Shown: positions 45,586-54,747 of the stretch, in pieces
How positions within the stretch are numbered: the stretch's first letter is position 1
How the letters are laid out: each line of letters opens with the position of its first letter
NCBI GenBank assembly: GCA_018812625.1
Contig: JAHJDH010000025.1
Location: forward strand, 13,726-77,725
Direction of reading: 5' to 3'
Length of the DNA: 64,000 nt
From: Candidatus Micrarchaeota archaeon
Lineage (GTDB): Archaea > Micrarchaeota > Micrarchaeia > Anstonellales > Bilamarchaeaceae
Notes under the pieces: generated by a model
The model's database searches: none
What the model was told of the DNA's origin: nothing
Seen by the model: the letters and a program-made list of their open reading frames with translations, nothing else
Translations under genes and position numbers: made by a program

Positions 45586-47280
45586 ATGTCTCTAAGAACT
45601 CTTTTGTCTTTTTCTATTGTCCTAATCTTTCTTCTTGGCTGTGTATCCGGGCCTGCTGATGATTCTCTTCCAAGAGATCTTGAAATCCGAATAAATGACG
45701 GCAAGGCAATTACCACATCTTCAAATGTGGAACTTTTACTTTTTGCCAGGAATGCAGCTGCATGCAGACTCTCAAATGATGGAGCTACCTGGAATGCCTG
45801 GGAAAATTACTCTCGCGAAAAATCATGGGTTCTTGAAGAAGCCGATGGCATAAAGCAGGTATCCTATCAGTGCCGCAGTTTTGGCGGAGGATTATCTCCG
45901 ATTGTTTCATCTTCGATAGAACTTGATTCAACCCCACCAACCATAATACTATCAAGTCCAGTTGCTGGACAAACATATTATGACTCATTGGAGCTTGTTT
46001 TCAAGGTAATCGATCCGGCATCAGATAAGGTTCTCTGCAGTGCGGTTATAGGAAACGATATTCTTGATCTTGGGGTTCTTCACACTGATGTGCAGCAGAG
46101 TATTCTCATAGGCCTTTCTGAAGGAGAAAAGACTATTACGCTCAACTGCAGCGACAAAATTCACACTTCTGCTGCTAATGTCAGCATTATCCTGAAAAAG
46201 AAGCCTTTTGTTTCATTTGCTATAAATGGCGGCTCTGATTACACAGATAACAAAAATGTTACTCTTGATCTCCTATCTACAACAGCTTCTCAATGCAGGT
46301 TCTCACGTGATAACCTACAATGGGGAGATTGGGAAGAGTATCAACCTGTTATGAAATGGGTTCTGCAAGGAAGCGATGGCAAAAAGAAAGTATATGTTCA
46401 ATGCCGGGATTCAAACAATGTGGAATCTGATACCATTGATGATACAATATCTCTTGATACAAAGCCTCCTCCATACATTTCTCTAAAAATAAATAATGGA
46501 GTTGAATGGACCTCTTCTTCTGATGTCACTTTGGGTCTCTATGCATACTCTGCTTCAGAATGCCGTCTTTCTCATGATGATCAGAATTGGGGATCCTGGG
46601 AACCATACTCCACAAAGAAAAACTGGAAACTCAGCAGCGGCGAAGGGGAAAAGACTGTCTATTACGAATGCAAGAATAAAACCGGCGGCGATCTTGGTAT
46701 TGCATCTGCTCAAATAAGCTATTCTGCAATCCCCCAGATGCCTCCCTCATCGCTTAGCATCAAAATTAATGATGGTGATGAATATGCATCATCAGAAAAT
46801 CTTCAGCTCTCTCTTGGTGCAACCGGCGCATTCGAGTGCCGTCTTCGCGAAGGCAACCTGGACTGGAGTGCTTGGGAAAACCATATTTCCACAAAAACAT
46901 TTACTATAAGTGGAAATGATGGGGCAAAAACAATCTACTATCAGTGCAGGAATAACCATGGCACTACAACTGTCTTTGATCGTATCTATCTTGATCGCAA
47001 GCCTCCATCTGAACCAAAAAGCCTCAAAGCAGAAGCAAGCCCATACTCTGTTGTCCTTAGCTGGTCTGCAGCATCTGATTCTGGAAGTGGTGTGGAATCA
47101 TATTCTGTTTATCGGAAAGTTGACAGCACATGGAGATGGGTTGGTTCCGTATCTGGACTCAGTTACAAGGATGAGAAAATTGTTTCAGGAGAAACTTATG
47201 ATTACAAAGTGCTTGCGCTTGATTATAATAGAAATTCCGGCTCTGCATCACAGGTGAGTATTTCGGTTCCCGAGGAGTAG
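45586..47280 (+). CDS. secreted lipoprotein-like surface protein: four to five tandem ~80-aa modules + C-terminal fibronectin type III domain
   Basis: 'LLGC' signal. Modules share 'INxG..(T/A)SS..V.L.L.A..A..CR.S.D...W..WE.Y...K.W.L....G.K.VYYQC'. The C-terminus 'SLKAEASPYSVVLSWSAASDSGSGVESYSVYRK...YDYKVLALDYNRNSG' is FN3-like. Confidence 0.6.
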   Translation: MSLRTLLSFSIVLIFLLGCVSGPADDSLPRDLEIRINDGKAITTSSNVELLLFARNAAACRLSNDGATWNAWENYSREKSWVLEEADGIKQVSYQCRSFGGGLSPIVSSSIELDSTPPTIILSSPVAGQTYYDSLELVFKVIDPASDKVLCSAVIGNDILDLGVLHTDVQQSILIGLSEGEKTITLNCSDKIHTSAANVSIILKKKPFVSFAINGGSDYTDNKNVTLDLLSTTASQCRFSRDNLQWGDWEEYQPVMKWVLQGSDGKKKVYVQCRDSNNVESDTIDDTISLDTKPPPYISLKINNGVEWTSSSDVTLGLYAYSASECRLSHDDQNWGSWEPYSTKKNWKLSSGEGEKTVYYECKNKTGGDLGIASAQISYSAIPQMPPSSLSIKINDGDEYASSENLQLSLGATGAFECRLREGNLDWSAWENHISTKTFTISGNDGAKTIYYQCRNNHGTTTVFDRIYLDRKPPSEPKSLKAEASPYSVVLSWSAASDSGSGVESYSVYRKVDSTWRWVGSVSGLSYKDEKIVSGETYDYKVLALDYNRNSGSASQVSISVPEE

Positions 47281-47330
47281 TCTAAGATTTTGCAATAGAA
47301 AAAGTTCTATTGCTCTATCTAAAAAAAGAA

Positions 47331-48020
47331 CTAGATTCTGTTGAGTGCATCTTTGATATCTTCGATGGACATCTTGGTTACGATCATAGGAATTCTCTCG
47401 CGGTCAGAAATTTTCATTGCAAGTTTGTCTACTTTTCTTGGATCAATATTATGCAGAACAATTGCCGATGGCTTTGAAGGGCTTACTCTGACAACTACAA
47501 AAGGACTTCTTCCAGTGCTAATTCCTGTGAAGATAAACACCCTTTGGTTTACATTTCCATAAAGATTCTGGAAGTATGAAAATGGCATATCAAGAATCAC
47601 TTTGATGCTGTCAATTAGAGTGTATCCATAGATTTTCTTTGACTCAAGCATGTCTTCGTTTGTAAGCACATTGCCCCCAATAAGTCCTGAAAAATCCTTT
47701 AATGAAATTGACCTTGCAAATTCATGAACTTCAAAATATTCACTTACTGGCTTTTCCTTTTCCCTGAATTTAGAAGCAATGTGGCCTCCTTTCCTATTAT
47801 CAATATCAAAGAGGGCAGTAACAAATCTTTTTACAACATGCGTTCCTGGGGACTTTCTTCTACTTCCCTCATAATCGCTGATTGTTGAAACGGTAATGCC
47901 CAGGTGTTTAGCCAGTTCAACTTGAGAGATGCTGAAAATTTCTCTCCATTTTCTCATGGTTGCACCTGGATCATCAGAAAGAGAAATTTCTCCTGCAATT
48001 TCCATTTTTATTTTTTCCAA
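47331..48020 (-). CDS. XRE-family HTH transcriptional regulator (archaeal, extended C-terminal domain)
   Basis: 'SQVELAKHLGITVSTISDYEGSRRKSP' is an XRE-type HTH. The C-terminal 150 aa is uncharacterised. Confidence 0.55.
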   Translation of the reverse strand: MEKIKMEIAGEISLSDDPGATMRKWREIFSISQVELAKHLGITVSTISDYEGSRRKSPGTHVVKRFVTALFDIDNRKGGHIASKFREKEKPVSEYFEVHEFARSISLKDFSGLIGGNVLTNEDMLESKKIYGYTLIDSIKVILDMPFSYFQNLYGNVNQRVFIFTGISTGRSPFVVVRVSPSKPSAIVLHNIDPRKVDKLAMKISDRERIPMIVTKMSIEDIKDALNRI

Positions 48021-48176
48021 GTTCCCAACTCATAAAATGGAGATCTATAATTAACGTCTCCCTTCTAACTTAGCTTTACTGCTTAGGTTTTAAAACAATT
48101 TCGACTATCGTCATTCTTTACTTCGGCACTTTTCTCTATGATAAAATTTTAATACTATTACTTCCAACAACAGTTC

Positions 48177-48644
48177 GTGGCATATAATCTTATTGGCGAT
48201 TTTTACAGCTTAATCAATGTTGGTCTTTTCGACAGTGCATCAATCTTACTTATCATATGCTTTATCATATGGGAAATTCCAAGATCTGTGAAACTTATTT
48301 CTGAAGAATATACTAAGGATCTATATCCTGAGCATGGAAGGGTAGTTGACTTTGTCCTTCTTGTTCTTGGACTTGCCGCAGTCTTTCTTTTTATGTCAGA
48401 TTCATCTGCAATTCTAAAATTCATGAAAACTCCTGGCATAATAGCATTTTTCCTTATATTGTTAATCGTAATTCCGCTGATCATTTTCATCGGATTTCTC
48501 AGAAGATTCTTTGGAACTCTTGAGCACAAAGAATCCATCACTATTTTCCTTGTCCACGGATTTTTGGATCTTATGCACACTCTCTTTTACATCTCTCTTT
48601 CTCTCCTTATTATCCCATCAATTGGCTTCCTTCTCTTCGCCTGA
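48177..48644 (+). CDS. hypothetical membrane protein
   Basis: Four predicted TM helices. Confidence 0.3.
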   Translation: MAYNLIGDFYSLINVGLFDSASILLIICFIIWEIPRSVKLISEEYTKDLYPEHGRVVDFVLLVLGLAAVFLFMSDSSAILKFMKTPGIIAFFLILLIVIPLIIFIGFLRRFFGTLEHKESITIFLVHGFLDLMHTLFYISLSLLIIPSIGFLLFA

Positions 48645-48701
48645 GCCTCCATTGCAGGTTTTAAAGCTTTTCTAAACATAGTTTTCTTCGGTGTTCCTAT
48701 T

Positions 48702-48944
48702 ATGCCTCCAAAGAAAAAAAGAACAAAGAAGAAAATTGTCACAAAAAAGAAGGTTGTAAATGTGAAGAAAGAAGAAATTCGAGATGCACACCTTCCAGGA
48801 TACTTGCTTATTGCATTTGGTCTCTTGGGTCTTGGTATTAACTTTGACTTGTTTGCAGGCCTAACATGGGTAAAAGCATATCCACTTCTAGCAGTTCTCT
48901 TCGGAGTAGTTGCATTAGTCAAACTTGCAATTTCCCGGGACTAA
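48702..48944 (+). CDS. small membrane protein with Lys-rich N-terminal tail
   Basis: 'MPPKKKRTKKKIVTKKKVVNVKKEE', then two TM helices. Confidence 0.3.
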   Translation: MPPKKKRTKKKIVTKKKVVNVKKEEIRDAHLPGYLLIAFGLLGLGINFDLFAGLTWVKAYPLLAVLFGVVALVKLAISRD

Positions 48945-49699
48945 TCAAGATACTCGACTGCATTTTTGAAAATTCGAAGCCCCATGGGCTCTTTTACTTT
49001 TCCTCTAATCCAATATGGGCAGTTTTCAATAATATTAAATGCCTCAGGGTGTGGCATCATTCCAAATATCCTTCCTGTTTTGTCGCAGATTCCTGCAATA
49101 TTCAAAACAGATCCATTGGGGTTGTGTGGGAATCCTGCGAGCTTTCCATCCTTATCCGTATATTGAAATACTATCTGATTATTCTTTTTCAGCTCTTCAA
49201 GAACAGCATCATCATTCGGTATAAACTTGCCTTCTCCATGCCTTACTGGTGCAAGAAGATACTCAAGTCCTTTTGAAAAGACACATGGAGACTTTGTATT
49301 TGTCTTTAGTACGACCCAACGGTCTTCATAATGCCCGGAATCATTTCCAATTAGTGTTACTCTTTGATTGAAATCCGGCTCAGGTAGTAGTCCCATCTTA
49401 ACTAGCACCTGAAATCCATTGCAAATTCCCAAAACCAATTTGTCTGCTTTAATAAAATCCTCAAGTTCATCTCTTAGCTTGAATTTCATTTTATTTGCAA
49501 AAACTTTTCCAGAGCCCAGATCATCTCCAAATGAGAATCCTCCGGGGATAAATAGCATATTGTATTCTTCAAGAAGCCCTGGATTATCTAGCACTTTATT
49601 CAGGTGAAGGATGTCTGCACGTCCTCCACTCTTTTCAATAGCGTTCTTGCTTTCATGTTCGCAATTGATCCCATATCCATAAAGTACCAGAGCCTTCAT
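48941..49699 (-). CDS. purQ: phosphoribosylformylglycinamidine synthase subunit PurQ (glutaminase)
   Basis: 'PGGFSFGD', 'LGICNGFQVL' with the catalytic Cys, and 'NPNGSVLNIAGI...GMMPHPE' match PurQ closely. Confidence 0.8.
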   Translation of the reverse strand: MKALVLYGYGINCEHESKNAIEKSGGRADILHLNKVLDNPGLLEEYNMLFIPGGFSFGDDLGSGKVFANKMKFKLRDELEDFIKADKLVLGICNGFQVLVKMGLLPEPDFNQRVTLIGNDSGHYEDRWVVLKTNTKSPCVFSKGLEYLLAPVRHGEGKFIPNDDAVLEELKKNNQIVFQYTDKDGKLAGFPHNPNGSVLNIAGICDKTGRIFGMMPHPEAFNIIENCPYWIRGKVKEPMGLRIFKNAVEYLD

Positions 49700-49725
49700 A
49701 CATACCACTTTCTAGATTAGATATT

Positions 49726-50100
49726 TTAGACCTTTCGAAGCCCCCTAATTCCCTCAAATTTCCATGGGCTTCTCGTAAATATAAATGCATCATTTGCTAT
49801 GCAGATTGAAGCAGTTAAGACGCTTCCAACTGGTTTTGGCAGTTCTCCCTTGGCTTTGATCTCCTTATTTATCTTTGTTGCAATCACTGCAGCTTTTTTG
49901 TCAAATGGAAGTATTGTGACACTATTTGAAAAGTTGGTTATTACCTCTACTTTTTTTATTGTCTCAAGAAGCTGCATCATACTCATGCTTGTAATGCAGA
50001 TTTCTTCTCGATCTGCATAATATTTCAGTTTTTCAATAGTGCCTGGGTCTCCCCGAAGAAAATCAAGGGCAGTCTCATAATCAAGACAGATCTTTTCCAT
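49726..50100 (-). CDS. vapC: PIN-domain toxin (VapC-like)
   Basis: 124 aa with acidic residues at PIN positions ('DYETALDF...E...D'). Immediately downstream of the antitoxin. Confidence 0.55.
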   Translation of the reverse strand: MEKICLDYETALDFLRGDPGTIEKLKYYADREEICITSMSMMQLLETIKKVEVITNFSNSVTILPFDKKAAVIATKINKEIKAKGELPKPVGSVLTASICIANDAFIFTRSPWKFEGIRGLRKV

Positions 50101-50104
50101 AGTC

Positions 50105-50332
50105 TCACTGCTCTATCCAGTTGTACTCTTCGCGTTTGATTCTGTTAACTTCACGTCTTGCAATATCCTTATCTTCAATGCTTCCAGCAAGGCTGATAAT
50201 CGTGCTTTCCTGTTTCCTTTCCTTTAGCAAAAATCGCAGAACCTGACTAAAACTCATGTCTTTGGATGATTTTAATCTCTTAAGCTCGTCGTAAACATCA
50301 TCCATAATCGTTATTACCCGTACCATTTCCAT
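50105..50332 (-). CDS. vapB: VapB-like antitoxin (archaeal COG1753-type)
   Basis: 'ITIMDDVYDELKRLKSSKDMSFSQVLRFLL' is the conserved N-terminus of this archaeal antitoxin family. Confidence 0.55.
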   Translation of the reverse strand: MEMVRVITIMDDVYDELKRLKSSKDMSFSQVLRFLLKERKQESTIISLAGSIEDKDIARREVNRIKREEYNWIEQ

Positions 50333-50549
50333 CCCCTTTTTTGTGAAATTTTAGCCAATAATTCCATGTAAATGCATGCACTAAATACATTTATATGTTT
50401 TACCTCGTGTTTTCTCAACGTGTTCCTTTCTGCATTGTTTTATGTTTCTAATATTCTTCTCATAAAAACAAATTCTTTTAAACTCGAAAAAGCCGAAACA
50501 GTATACTCCTCCCGTAAAATGAGGAAACGCGACTAAAGGTGAAAAATAT

Positions 50550-51635
50550 ATGGAAGATTTAGTAAGATCTGTAATGGGCGAAGCTGCTCCAGAAAAGGAA
50601 TCTCAGAGTGCAGAATCAATGAGTTCTGAGACAATTAAGATTGTAACCGTTGGTATTGGTGGTGCTGGAAACAACACTATCAATAGATTGATCAAATCAG
50701 GAGTTAAGGGTACTGAACTTGTTGCAATAAACACCGACAAGCAGCACTTGAATATAGTTCATGAAAGATCAAAGAAAGTTCTTATCGGAAAATCCGTAAC
50801 AAAAGGTCTTGGTGCAGGAGGCTACCCAGATGTTGGTGCCAAATCCGCAGAAGTAGATAGGCCCTTAATTGAAAGAGAACTCGAAGGTGCACACTTAGTA
50901 TTTATCTGCGCTGGTATGGGTGGTGGAACTGGTGGTGGAGCTGCTCCTATTGTATCCCAGATTGCAAAAGAACAGGGTGCAATTGTAGTTGCTATGGTTA
51001 CCTATCCATTTGCTCTTGAGAGAGCCCGTAGAAAGAAAGCAGAAGAGGGTATTAAATTACTCAAAAAGAACTGTGACTCAGTCATTATTCTCGACAACAA
51101 CAGATTGGTTAAATTGGTACCAAACCTTCCAATGGCAGAAGCATTTGCAGTAGCAGACGAAATTCTAGCTAGAGCAATTTCTGGTCTTGTTTGGACAATT
51201 ACACAACCATCACTCATTAACATCGACTTTGCAGACGTCAGATCCATTATGGAAGGCGGAGGAGTCGGATTCATTGCAGTTGGTGAAGGAAAGGGCAACG
51301 ACAAAGTTACTGGTGCTGCTCAAGGTGTTATCAAGAACAGACTTCTTGATGTTGACTTTGAAGGTGCTAAAGGCGCTCTTATCCACATCAGTGGAGGATC
51401 TGATCTTACCCTTGGTGATGCCATTAAAGCCGGTGAAATTATTACCGAGAAAATGGATGCTGAGGCCAATGTTAAATGGGGCGCCCGAATCATGCAGAAC
51501 TACGAAGGCAAACTCGAAATCGTTGCAATCGTAACTGGCGTTACTGGCGCATCTGTTGCAGGTCAATCAATGGTGGAGGAAGAAGAAGTATCAACTCAGC
51601 CAGAATACTCCCGAGACCTTGAAATGCTCGGATAG
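50550..51635 (+). CDS. ftsZ: cell division GTPase FtsZ
   Basis: '[13 protein letters not shown]' and the tubulin signature '[14 protein letters not shown]'. Confidence 0.9.
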   Translation: MEDLVRSVMGEAAPEKESQSAESMSSETIKIVTVGIGGAGNNTINRLIKSGVKGTELVAINTDKQHLNIVHERSKKVLIGKSVTKGLGAGGYPDVGAKSAEVDRPLIERELEGAHLVFICAGMGGGTGGGAAPIVSQIAKEQGAIVVAMVTYPFALERARRKKAEEGIKLLKKNCDSVIILDNNRLVKLVPNLPMAEAFAVADEILARAISGLVWTITQPSLINIDFADVRSIMEGGGVGFIAVGEGKGNDKVTGAAQGVIKNRLLDVDFEGAKGALIHISGGSDLTLGDAIKAGEIITEKMDAEANVKWGARIMQNYEGKLEIVAIVTGVTGASVAGQSMVEEEEVSTQPEYSRDLEMLG

Positions 51636-51685
51636 TTTTCTTTTTTTTTATTTTCCTTTTATTTTGTGCTTCGAATTAAATCTCT

Positions 51686-52420
51686 TTGCTCCTCAAATTC
51701 TCTTGTATGAAACTCAAAATCATCTCCAATCCTGGCAAAGATTGGACTTCTAAGATTGCACAAGATGTTCGATCTTTTCTAACAGACAATAATCATTCTA
51801 TCGTAGAAACAGGAGCTGATGCAACCATCTGCATTGGTGGCGATGGTACAATTCTCTATGCCAATTACCAGAAAAAAGTCGAAGGACCAATTCTTGGAAT
51901 TGGAACAAAAAAGAGCTACATCTGCCAACTAGAGAGGAAATCCTGGAAAGAGAACATTCTCCAAACCCTCTCTGGAAATACTGTTTCAATCATGTCTATT
52001 AAAGCTTCAATTGATGGTAGGCAGTTCACTGCACTAAATGATTTTGTTATCCATGCAAAAAACTACCGTGTCATTGAAATAGCTGTTGCTGATTCTGATC
52101 AAATTTCTCTTTTCCGAGGTGATGGATTGATTGTATCTTCTGCGCTGGGCTCTTCTGCATATGCCTATTCTGCTGGTGGAACTCAGCTTCCCCCAGATGA
52201 ACAAAAAATAGTGGTTGTTCCAATTGCCCCATACAAAAGAGCATTTGCTCCAGAAGTGCTTCCTTCAACTATTAAGCTTTCAATTTATTCAAAACAAGAA
52301 TGTGCTTTCATATCTGATGGTGTTTTAGTTTCGGATTTGCCTTCTGGCACCAAAGTAAACATTGAAAAAGGGGATGACATACTATTTTTCGCAGGAGTTG
52401 GTCACTATAAACAGAGATGA
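51686..52420 (+). CDS. nadK: NAD kinase
   Basis: 'CIGGDGTILYA' is the GGDG motif. 'NDFVI' and 'DGLIVSSALGSSAYAYSAGG' are also present. Confidence 0.8.
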   Translation: MLLKFSCMKLKIISNPGKDWTSKIAQDVRSFLTDNNHSIVETGADATICIGGDGTILYANYQKKVEGPILGIGTKKSYICQLERKSWKENILQTLSGNTVSIMSIKASIDGRQFTALNDFVIHAKNYRVIEIAVADSDQISLFRGDGLIVSSALGSSAYAYSAGGTQLPPDEQKIVVVPIAPYKRAFAPEVLPSTIKLSIYSKQECAFISDGVLVSDLPSGTKVNIEKGDDILFFAGVGHYKQR

Positions 52421-52841
52421 AATATTTGAACAGGGATTTGTTGATGTCAAGGTCCACGTAACTGGTCTTCGCCAATGCCATCGACTTGCAGTAGTTAAAG
52501 AAGATACGAATCGTGGAATTTTTACTTATCTTGAATCAAAGCATTATATTCCAACTTCAGAGTTAGTTCGAATTTCAGAAATACTGCAGCTTCCAATAAA
52601 ACACAATGCAACAGTTGTTTTTCCAAAGGGAAAGATGCCAAAAGATTTTCTTGAGAAAAAAGCAGTGGTAACTGTTGAAGCAGAAACTATAGAAGCTGAA
52701 ATCGAAGAGGATGAGCCTGAAGAAGATACTTCACAATCTACAAAATCAGAAGAACCTCCAGCTGAAGAAACTACTGAAGCAAAAGAATCTTCATTTCTCG
52801 AGCAAGTAGCAGTTACTCCAGAAGAACCCAAATCAAACTAA
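52374..52841 (+). CDS. hypothetical protein with acidic low-complexity C-terminal tail; start uncertain
   Basis: The only ATG lies 47 nt inside nadK, so a TTG/GTG start near 52398 is possible. The C-terminus is an E/T/P-rich tail. Confidence 0.3.
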   Translation: MTYYFSQELVTINRDEIFEQGFVDVKVHVTGLRQCHRLAVVKEDTNRGIFTYLESKHYIPTSELVRISEILQLPIKHNATVVFPKGKMPKDFLEKKAVVTVEAETIEAEIEEDEPEEDTSQSTKSEEPPAEETTEAKESSFLEQVAVTPEEPKSN

Positions 52842-53719
52842 TTCTTTTCTTTTAATATTGCGATTACTTCCTCGCCTATTCTGTTCTGCGCCTCCTTTGT
52901 GGCAGCTCCAATATGCGGAGTAAATGAAACATTATCAAGCTCAAGAAGTTTTCCAGAATATGGTTCATTTGGATAAACATCTAATGCAGCGCCAAGGAGC
53001 TTTCCGTTTTTGCATGCTTCATAAAGAGCGCCTTCATCAATAATTTCTCCTCTAGATGTGTTTATGATATATGCCGTATCTTTCATTTTTGCAATGCTTT
53101 CTTTGTTAATCATCCCTATGGTATTAGGAAGTGCTGGAACATGAAGAGAAATCACATCTGCTCTCTGTAGGAACTGATCAAAATCTTCTACATATTCTCC
53201 AATTTCATCACTTATTCTGGGATGTGGGCTGAATGCAATGATTTTCATTCCAAGGCCATGTGCTTTTTTAGCCAGCATTGAGCCAATTCTTCCATAACCG
53301 ATTATTCCAAGGGTTTTTCCAGAAATTTCATACCCTGTAAGATGCTTTTTATCCCATTTTCCGTTTTTCATCTGCCATTGTGCTTTTTGTACGTTTCGAA
53401 GTCCTGAAATCATTACTCCAAGAACGAGCTCTGCAACTGCATTAGCAGATGCTCCAGGCGTGTTTCTCACTTCTATTCCCTTTTCTTTGCAGGCATCCTT
53501 GTCAATATTGTCTATTCCAACTCCAGCACGGATTACTAACTTGAGCGTTTCAGTATTTTCAATCAGATCCTTGGTTACTTTGGTCGCACTTCTAACAATC
53601 AATGCGTCTGCATCTCCTAAAGCTTGCTTGAGATCTTCTGGTTTGTATTTGACCTGTCCAATCTCTTGGATTGCCAAAACCACACTCTCCTCCATATTAT
53701 CTGCAATTACGATTAGCAT
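52838..53719 (-). CDS. D-isomer-specific 2-hydroxyacid dehydrogenase (phosphoglycerate/glyoxylate reductase-like)
   Basis: NAD-binding 'GIIGYGRIGSMLAKKA' and catalytic 'R...E...H' arrangement ('NTSRGEI', 'HIGAAT'). Confidence 0.8.
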   Translation of the reverse strand: MLIVIADNMEESVVLAIQEIGQVKYKPEDLKQALGDADALIVRSATKVTKDLIENTETLKLVIRAGVGIDNIDKDACKEKGIEVRNTPGASANAVAELVLGVMISGLRNVQKAQWQMKNGKWDKKHLTGYEISGKTLGIIGYGRIGSMLAKKAHGLGMKIIAFSPHPRISDEIGEYVEDFDQFLQRADVISLHVPALPNTIGMINKESIAKMKDTAYIINTSRGEIIDEGALYEACKNGKLLGAALDVYPNEPYSGKLLELDNVSFTPHIGAATKEAQNRIGEEVIAILKEKN

Positions 53720-54026
53720 AATTGAAATATACTAGAAATTCTTTTTATTGTGTTGTAGTCTACTAGTTTTCTCCTTTGAAATTGATACATAGTCTTATAA
53801 ATTCAAATATCCACTATAAATTCACAAACATTTACGACCAGTGTTGTTAATTTGTTATAATCTCAGTAGAAATAATGATATCTTCCATGGTATTTGTCGT
53901 ATTTCCCCACTGTAACATAATAATTGTGTAAAATTGCACAATGTTTATATAGAAACGTGTGAATTTCCCAGGATTCTCCGCGAAACATATATATACTTCC
54001 CATCCTAATATATATCAGGTGGGGGG

Positions 54027-54323
54027 ATGGCAATGTTCAATGAAACAAGGAGGAATACAAAAAGGTTGTTGGGTTTGACATGTGCATTGGAGCTTGGAAC
54101 AAACTCAGATGAGCTGAAATATGATTTTATGCTCAATACTGCAAAACAGCTCCAAGCTGCACTTGGAAATAACCACGTTCCGCTGACAACTGCGGAAAAA
54201 GTCAGAATAGTAAAATCAATTACGCGTGCCAAGGTGGTGGCCTACAGAAAAGGTGCAAGTGATGATTACAGGACATTTAGAGCCTTGAACTTGATCAGCA
54301 CTGATCTTGTGAAAATGCTCTGA
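54027..54323 (+). CDS. hypothetical small protein
   Basis: 98-aa ORF preceded by a 300-nt AT-rich region carrying a TATA-like 'ATATATATAC'. Confidence 0.3.
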   Translation: MAMFNETRRNTKRLLGLTCALELGTNSDELKYDFMLNTAKQLQAALGNNHVPLTTAEKVRIVKSITRAKVVAYRKGASDDYRTFRALNLISTDLVKML

Positions 54324-54342
54324 TGCCTCAAGGTGATAAAAA

Positions 54343-54747
54343 ATGAAATCAGTTACCATAGTTTCAGAAGACCGAGTAGGTCTTCTGGCAGATATATCGT
54401 ACATCCTTGGAAAGTCCAGCGTAAATATCGATGGGCTTCATGTTGATGTAATAGGCGGCAAGGCAGTGATCTCCATGGAGGTCAAAGACCCTAAAAAGGC
54501 CGATGACATCCTTATTAGGAATGGATTCAAGACTACTGATCCAACAGCGATCGTAATCAAGGTATCCAATAATTCTATGGAGAAGATTACTGAAATGCTT
54601 GAACTTGAAAAAGTAACCATTAAGGGACTTAACAAACTGTCTTCAGATTCTAATGAAGGAATCTTTGCAATCAATGTAGACAAGCCAAGAAAAGCAACAA
54701 AGATGCTTTCTCCATTTCTCTTAGGAAATCAGGATGCTATATATTAG
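54343..54747 (+). CDS. ACT-domain protein
   Basis: 'VTIVSEDRVGLLADISYILGKSSVNIDGLHV' is an ACT beta-alpha-beta. There is a second half-repeat. Confidence 0.5.
   Translation: MKSVTIVSEDRVGLLADISYILGKSSVNIDGLHVDVIGGKAVISMEVKDPKKADDILIRNGFKTTDPTAIVIKVSNNSMEKITEMLELEKVTIKGLNKLSSDSNEGIFAINVDKPRKATKMLSPFLLGNQDAIY

Noticed and set aside
51686-52420. Possible frameshift merging nadK with the downstream ORF (52362-52841).
   Set aside because: The nadK product already has a complete C-terminal domain and a normal length. The downstream ORF has unrelated composition, with an acidic tail. I treat them as two genes with an uncertain downstream start.
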